Below are positions 58,618-64,000 of a DNA stretch of 64,000 nt, piece by piece. A program made the translations under genes and the position numbers. The DNA comes from Phaeosaccion multiseriatum (taxonomy: Eukaryota; Protista; Ochrophyta, other classes). Each line of letters opens with the position of its first letter. The stretch's first letter is position 1. The stretch is from assembly GCA_965112735.1 (NCBI GenBank), contig OZ218951.1, positions 5,394,001 through 5,458,000 of the forward strand, in the 5' to 3' direction. A model generated the notes under the pieces. It did not search any database. It saw only the letters and a list, made by a program, of their open reading frames with translations, and had not been told where the DNA came from.

Positions 58618-61600
58618 GTGAGTGAGTGAGTGATGGTTTGTTGCAATGATTGATTGCTTGGTTGAGTGAGTGAGTGATGGTTTGTTGCAATGATTGATTG
58701 CTTGGTTGAGTGGCCGTTCTGCATTCCTTTTGCTTTCCTCTCTCTGATATGAATCCCCTCCCTCCCTCCCCGTTCCCCTCCCCTCCCTTCCCCTCCCCTC
58801 CCCTCCCAGAGCTACCGCACCGCAAGTGCTGTGGGCTACTCGTGCGTGCTCTTCAGCCTCATGACATACACCTCCGTGGCCAACAGGACCTTCTGTCCAG
58901 TGCCCTTCGCCCCCTCTATGTGCTTTGACACCTTCTTCATCCCCAACCCTCTCGGGCTCGAGTTGGGATTCAATGTTGCGCCATTTGTGATGCTCGTCGG
59001 TGTGCAGGTGGGTGGGGCCGTGAGTGGGGTGGTGTGCTGACCTCTGTGACCTCTCTGTGTTATATATATATATATATAGATGTATAATGAGGTGTTGCTC
59101 ACCTCTCTGTGACTCCTCTGTGTGTCTGTATCTCTCTCGCCCTCTTTCTCTCTCCGGTCAATCGTTTTGTGTGCGTGTCTCTCTCTCTCCTTCTCTTTCT
59201 CTCTCTGTCTCTCCCTCCCTCTCCCTCTCCCTCTCTCCCTCTCTCTCTGTCTCTCTCTCTCCCTCTCTTTCTCTCTCTGTCTTTGTCTCTCCCTCCCTTT
59301 CCCTCTCTCCCTCTCTCTCTGTCTCTCTCTCTCCCTCTCTCCCTCTCTCCTTCTGTGTTTGTCTTTCTCCCTCTCTCCCTCTCTCTCTCCCCCCCTCTCC
59401 CTCTCTCCCTCTCACTGTGTGTGACACACGGGACTGATCCACCCACCTGCCTCGACGATTTTCCAAGCACGACTCTGCAAGTCATATTCTCACCCTGTCT
59501 CCAAAGCCAGCTGTGAGGCCAGCCATTTGTTGCCAGTAGCACCATCTTAACCTCCACGGGCAGAAAAGGTGACAAACTCCTCGCTCTGTCTTGCTTACCT
59601 CTCCCTCCCTCCCTCCCTCCCTCCCTCCCTCAACAGTTCATCATGCCCCGTGCCGGTTTCATCGGCCACCTCGCCGGCATCGTGATGGGGTACCCCTTGG
59701 TGTGGGGAATGCTCAATTGGCTTACCACACCACTACTCTCCCTCCTATGCTCAATAGCCATGCTACAGGCTGGCGACGCTTGGCCCTGGCGGATGAGGGA
59801 CTACAACGTATTGCTGGAGGGGTGGAGGGGAGGAAATGCCCTGCGAGTGAGGTGAGTGGGTGAGGCAGGCAGACAGGGGCAGGCAGTCAGGACGGGATAG
59901 ATGAGGGAACTTGATGAGGCAAACGTAGGGAGGGCTACAGTTCGTTAACTTTTGGGTCACATCTCCCTCCCACATCAATGCCTCATTTCAATCCAATTTC
60001 CACCCAAACTTTCCACCTCCAGATGGACGGTCCTGCTAGGCGTGGCTCTATCTCTCAACGCCCTCCTTGCCGTGCTGAGCTCTCTCCTCCTGCCGCCGGG
60101 GCTCGCAGCTGCCACGGCCCTGCTCAGTGCTCTGGGGTGGACAGCTTACCAAGCCGCCAAGTGCTGTTGCTGTCCGGACAGGTAAGGAAGGGGGTAAGGA
60201 CAGTAGAGGGGTAGGTGGGTGTGTCGGTCTGTCTGCTTGATGAAGCTTGGCAGAGGGGGGCAGTGAGAGGAGCTATGGATGGGCTTAGGGCTTATGGCTT
60301 ATGGTGGAGGAATGAATGGGGTGTAGCTAGGGCTCAGATGAGCGCTGGATGAAGTTCATGGGTGCATCAAAGGAGTGGAGTGGACATCAGTTGTAGGGGT
60401 AACTGTCACTGTAACTGTCAGATCGTTCCTCCATCGTCCATCACCCTCCCCCTCCCCCTCCCCTGCTCCTCTTCCATCTACCCCAACGTCACTCTCGAGC
60501 ACCGCTGCTAGTTGCGCTCCGTTGTGCTGCTGAAGCCATCAAGCCCTTCATCCTCCCCTCCTCTCCCCTCGTCCCTTTGCCCTCCCGTCCTCTCCCCTCC
60601 TCTCCCTTCCTCTCCTCTCCCTTCCCCTCCACCCTCCCCTCCTCTCCCCTCCTCTCCCTTCCTCTCCTCTCCCTTCCCCTCCACCCTCCCCTCCTCTCCC
60701 CTCCTCTCCCTTCCTCTCCTCTCCCTTCCCCTCCACCCTCCCCTCCTCTCCCCTCCTCTCCCTTCCTCTCCTCTCCCTTCCCCTCCACCCTCCCCTCCTC
60801 TCCCCTCCTCTCCCTTCCTCTCCTCTCCCTTCCCCTCCACCCTCCCCTCCTCTCCCCTCGTCCCTTGCCCTCCCATCCTCTCCCCTCCTCTGTCTGTCCT
60901 CCCTCCAACCTCCACCCTCCACCCTCCACCGACTAACCCCGTTCCCCTCCCCCCCTCCTCTCCTCCACTTAGCGTCACTCTCGAGCATCGCTGCCTGCTG
61001 CGTCTGCTGAAGATGGTGGCCTTCAACGCCGCCCTCCTGGCCGCCCTCAACCTCGTCAGCATCGGCGCCGTGCTGGGCAAGAGGGCCTATCTAGAGGGGG
61101 CCTGTGGATATGGAGGGGTGGGGATGGCAGTGGATGGAGGAGGGGGGGGGTCAGGATTGTCAGGACTGGGGGCAGGGCTAGCGGTGCTGCTGGGGAGCGT
61201 GGTGGTGCAGTTGGGTATCGTCGTCTGTTGCGGAGGTGAGTGAGGGAGGGAGGGAGCAAGTTGGTGCTACGCCTGCTGCTGCTGCTGCTGTCATCTACGA
61301 TTTCCGCTGCTACTGTATCACCAACTGCTGCTGCTGCTACTACTACTTCTAATGTCTTGCTCTCTCACAAGCACAGGATGGTGTGTTTGTCGCGAGTGTG
61401 CCATATGCCTGGGATGAGCTGAAGCTGGAACTGAAACTGAGGCCTGCGTGCCGTGTACCGTGTGCCCTCACACCCGCCCTCCCTCCCTCCCTCTCTCCCT
61501 CCCCTCCCTCTCTCCCTCCCCTCCCTCTCTCCCTCCCCTCCCTCTCTCCCTCCCTCCCTCTCTCCCTCCCCTCCCTCTCTCCCTCCCCTCTCTCTCTCCC

Positions 61601-61910
61601 TCCCCTCCCTCTCTCCCTCCCTCCCTCTCTCCCTTCCCTCCCTCTCTCCCTCCCCTCCCTCCCTCCCTCCCTCCCTCCCTCCCTCTCTCCCTCCCCTCCC
61701 TCCCTCCCTCCCCCCCTCCCTCCCCCCCCTCCCTCAGGCAACGCCTTGGGCTTCCGCGAGGGGCAGGCTCTGGTGTCGTGGCTGGGCCTTAACAAGTTGG
61801 TGGTTCGTCATAACATTACACAGCCATTTGAGGGTGCGGGACGGTCTATTCAGCCTGCTAACGTGCAGCTGCAGCTTCCGCCCGTGGTCACCTCGGTCGC
61901 CGCCGTTTGA
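54531..61910 (+). CDS. Rhomboid-like intramembrane protease (plant RBL13-like core) with N- and C-terminal extensions, multi-exon
   Basis: [51 protein letters not shown] (catalytic Ser), [12 protein letters not shown] (catalytic His). Upstream exons 54531-54659, 55086-55235, 55719-55802, 56037-56163, 56311-56425 join in phase. Confidence 0.8.
56505..57005. repeat. Intronic array of CCACTGCCATC(C/T)CATCCCTTCCCAT variants
   Basis: Directly visible. Confidence 0.9.
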
Positions 61911-62215
61911 TTCGAAAGAGGAAATCGGTACGCAAGGAGTACATAAACAATAAACTCCTCCTATCGTACGTGAGGAGTACGTAAGGAGTAGGCCAATAAA
62001 CAATAAACCCCGACGGTACGTTAGGAGCAGGCCAACAAACAATGCACTCCTCCTATCGTCCTTCCACTCCTGTTTATATATATGTTCGACCCCTGACGTG
62101 CTACGGACGCATTCTCGGTAGCATCCTTCTGGCCGGTACTGGCAGCTGGCCGGTAGCAGGTTGCACAGCAGAAGGAGAAGGGGGAGAGGTTGGCCAAAAA
62201 TCGTCACTATTACTA

Positions 62216-63190
62216 TTAGGTCAACCGCAGATCCCACAGAGAAGCGGGCAGGCTCCCCCGGCGGGGATAGGTGGCCCAAGGCCCCATTCCCACCTCCTCT
62301 ACACTAGCGGGAAGGACCACATCCTGATTGATGAAGTCATCTCCAAAATACACCTTCTTCAGCGAGGGAGGGAGAGTGATTGGCTCGTCGAACCTTGAGA
62401 TTCTTGGAAACATCAGCTCCTCCAGAGAGCTTGGTAGCACCAAACCAGCCTGATCGAAGTATTTTCCAAAAGTGACCTTCTTCAGCGAGGGAGGAAGAGC
62501 GATTGGCCTGTTGAACAATGACTGCTCTGAAAACTTCAGCTCTTCCAGAGAGCTTGGTAGCACCAAATCACGCTGATTGAAGCTATATCCAAAAGTGACC
62601 TTCTTCAGCGAGGGGGGAAGAACGATTGGCCTGTTGAACACTGAGGTCCATGGAAACTCCACCTCCTCCACGCCGGTCGGCACAACAACGTCGCAAGCAT
62701 CGAATAACCTGGAGAACCGCAGAAACTTGACCGAGAGTGGTAACTGTGCCAACACTTTGTCAGCAAGAGCCTTCTCAGCAAGGCGCAGCTTGTGACCATA
62801 ACCTTGACGTTGGATGCCGAGGCGCACCGCCTTGACGCGAAAGGAGCCCGCCATACCATGGTCCGGCTGCCTCGCCCTAATCCTCCCCGACCTTCGAAGC
62901 CCTTCCACGGCATCTCTTCCCCGCGTGGAGGCGGGAGGAGGGGAGGAAGCCGCAGCAAGGCGTTGAGACTCCTCGCGCTCCCGCTGCTGCTGCTGCTTCA
63001 GCATGCTCAGCACACGCGACTGGATAGCTTGGGGCATGTCGGCGTTGATCACCAAACCGCGTGAGGTTACCTTGTCGACCTCCTTGCATACGCCCCACAG
63101 AGCCTTGTTCGAAACACGGCCAGCAACCATCCTCAATGCCGCCGGCCCGCTGCTGCGGAGACTAGTCTCTGTCTCTTCCCCCCCCCCCAT
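62216..63190 (-). CDS. FNIP-repeat protein 2, intronless, 324 aa
   Basis: FNRPIVLPPSLKKVTFGYSFNQ / LVLPSSLEELKF repeats, with a ~123-nt nucleotide period. Confidence 0.88.
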   Translation of the reverse strand: MGGGEETETSLRSSGPAALRMVAGRVSNKALWGVCKEVDKVTSRGLVINADMPQAIQSRVLSMLKQQQQREREESQRLAAASSPPPASTRGRDAVEGLRRSGRIRARQPDHGMAGSFRVKAVRLGIQRQGYGHKLRLAEKALADKVLAQLPLSVKFLRFSRLFDACDVVVPTGVEEVEFPWTSVFNRPIVLPPSLKKVTFGYSFNQRDLVLPSSLEELKFSEQSLFNRPIALPPSLKKVTFGKYFDQAGLVLPSSLEELMFPRISRFDEPITLPPSLKKVYFGDDFINQDVVLPASVEEVGMGPWATYPRRGSLPASLWDLRLT

Positions 63191-63259
63191 CCCCCCCCCT
63201 TTTCATGACTTTCTTCCATCACGCCACCCCCCCCCCCCCTCGTTTCACCTCCCTTCGAC

Positions 63260-63511
63260 GTGGTGCCCCCCACCGTACTCTCCTTCTTTCCCCCTTTCCA
63301 GCGTCACTGCGATAGAGGAGGGGGGAGAAGAGCAAAAAACAAAAAAAGGGGGGGAAAAGGGAAAAGGAAAGAGAAGCTAAAAGTAATAACCCCGGTGTGA
63401 TCAATCCATCATCCGGCCCCTTGAAGGCCTTTATTTTACAGTATAAAAAAGGACAGTATCGCAGCGACGTTGGAAAGAGGGGAGGAAGGAGAGTACGGTG
63501 GGGGGCACCAC
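63260..63511. promoter_or_regulatory. ~55-bp imperfect inverted repeat (63260-63314 / 63457-63511) between divergent start codons
   Basis: GTGGTGCCCCCCACCGTACTCTCCTTC... versus ...GAAGGAGAGTACGGTGGGGGGCACCAC. Confidence 0.6.
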
Positions 63512-63558
63512 ATTTGTTTCAATCTCTCTCTTTGTTTGCTTCAAGGGAGGGCAAGATC

Positions 63559-64000
63559 ATGGTGAGGGGGAACTACAGAGGGAAGGGGTCGAAGGGGGGG
63601 GAAGAGAAGGAGGAGGGTAGCAGTAGTAGTAGCGAAGATGATGCGATGTCCGAAGACCAGGCTTCCACGGCGGAAGATGTAAGCACTGTTGCTGCTCCGA
63701 CTGCAGCGGCCATCTCTCCGTCCTCATCTGCATCGGACGAGGCAAGTCCTCAGTCCGTGGGAAAGCGTGCTGCTGCTGGTGATGGTGGTGCTTCTTCTGC
63801 TGCTGCCGCCGGGGCTGCTTGTGTTTTTCCTCGCTCCACGGCGAAGACGGCGCGCAAGCCGAAGGCAGGGGCGAAGGATGGGGGTGTAAGGAAAGAAGTC
63901 AAGCCGGAGAAGAAGCGGAAGGCAGAGGACGACGTGGTGAAGGACGAGAAAGAAGTAAAGGACGAGAAAGTCAAGCGAGAGGGGAAGCGCCTGAAACCTG
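63559..64000 (+). CDS. 5' end of an unknown gene with S/A-rich then K/E-rich (NLS-like) N-terminus; runs off window
   Basis: Open frame from ATG 63559 to the end: MVRGNYRGKG...KPEKKRKAEDD...KRLKP. Confidence 0.6.
   Translation, partial: MVRGNYRGKGSKGGEEKEEGSSSSSEDDAMSEDQASTAEDVSTVAAPTAAAISPSSSASDEASPQSVGKRAAAGDGGASSAAAAGAACVFPRSTAKTARKPKAGAKDGGVRKEVKPEKKRKAEDDVVKDEKEVKDEKVKREGKRLKP

Overview
Eukaryotic, GC-rich, intron-rich nuclear DNA, inferred to be from a flagellate-stage ochrophyte (stramenopile) alga. Support: signal peptide + 'ASF' bipartite plastid-targeting leaders and a CEP162-like centriolar gene. Housekeeping genes have microsatellite-packed GT-AG introns: FAD monooxygenase (partial), renalase-like oxidoreductase, TRPC4AP-like, organellar glutamyl-tRNA synthetase with two paralogous intronic C/D-box snoRNA candidates, thioredoxin-like protein, CEP162-like, RBL13-like rhomboid. 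Between them lie intron-poor accessory genes: two ankyrin paralogues with a near-identical 3' tail and two FNIP-repeat paralogues with a shared N-terminal module. The most unusual element is at 8781-12390: an apparently intact 8-exon gene for a helicase-less HUH (rolling-circle Rep-like) endonuclease. Its C-terminal C2-C-H zinc-finger array was built by triplication of a symmetric phase-1 exon pair. It is followed by three 23-bp-spaced iteron-like repeats and an orphan internal VPS13 fragment. Other structure: a 1.1-kb inverted duplication bracketing the 5' part of an FNIP gene, a dispersed GTATCACCAAC motif in exons (both strands, several frames) and introns, an inverted repeat shared by two divergent promoters, and a 3-kb 30-bp purine satellite. 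Gene models were spliced by eye and family calls rest on remembered motifs, not database searches.
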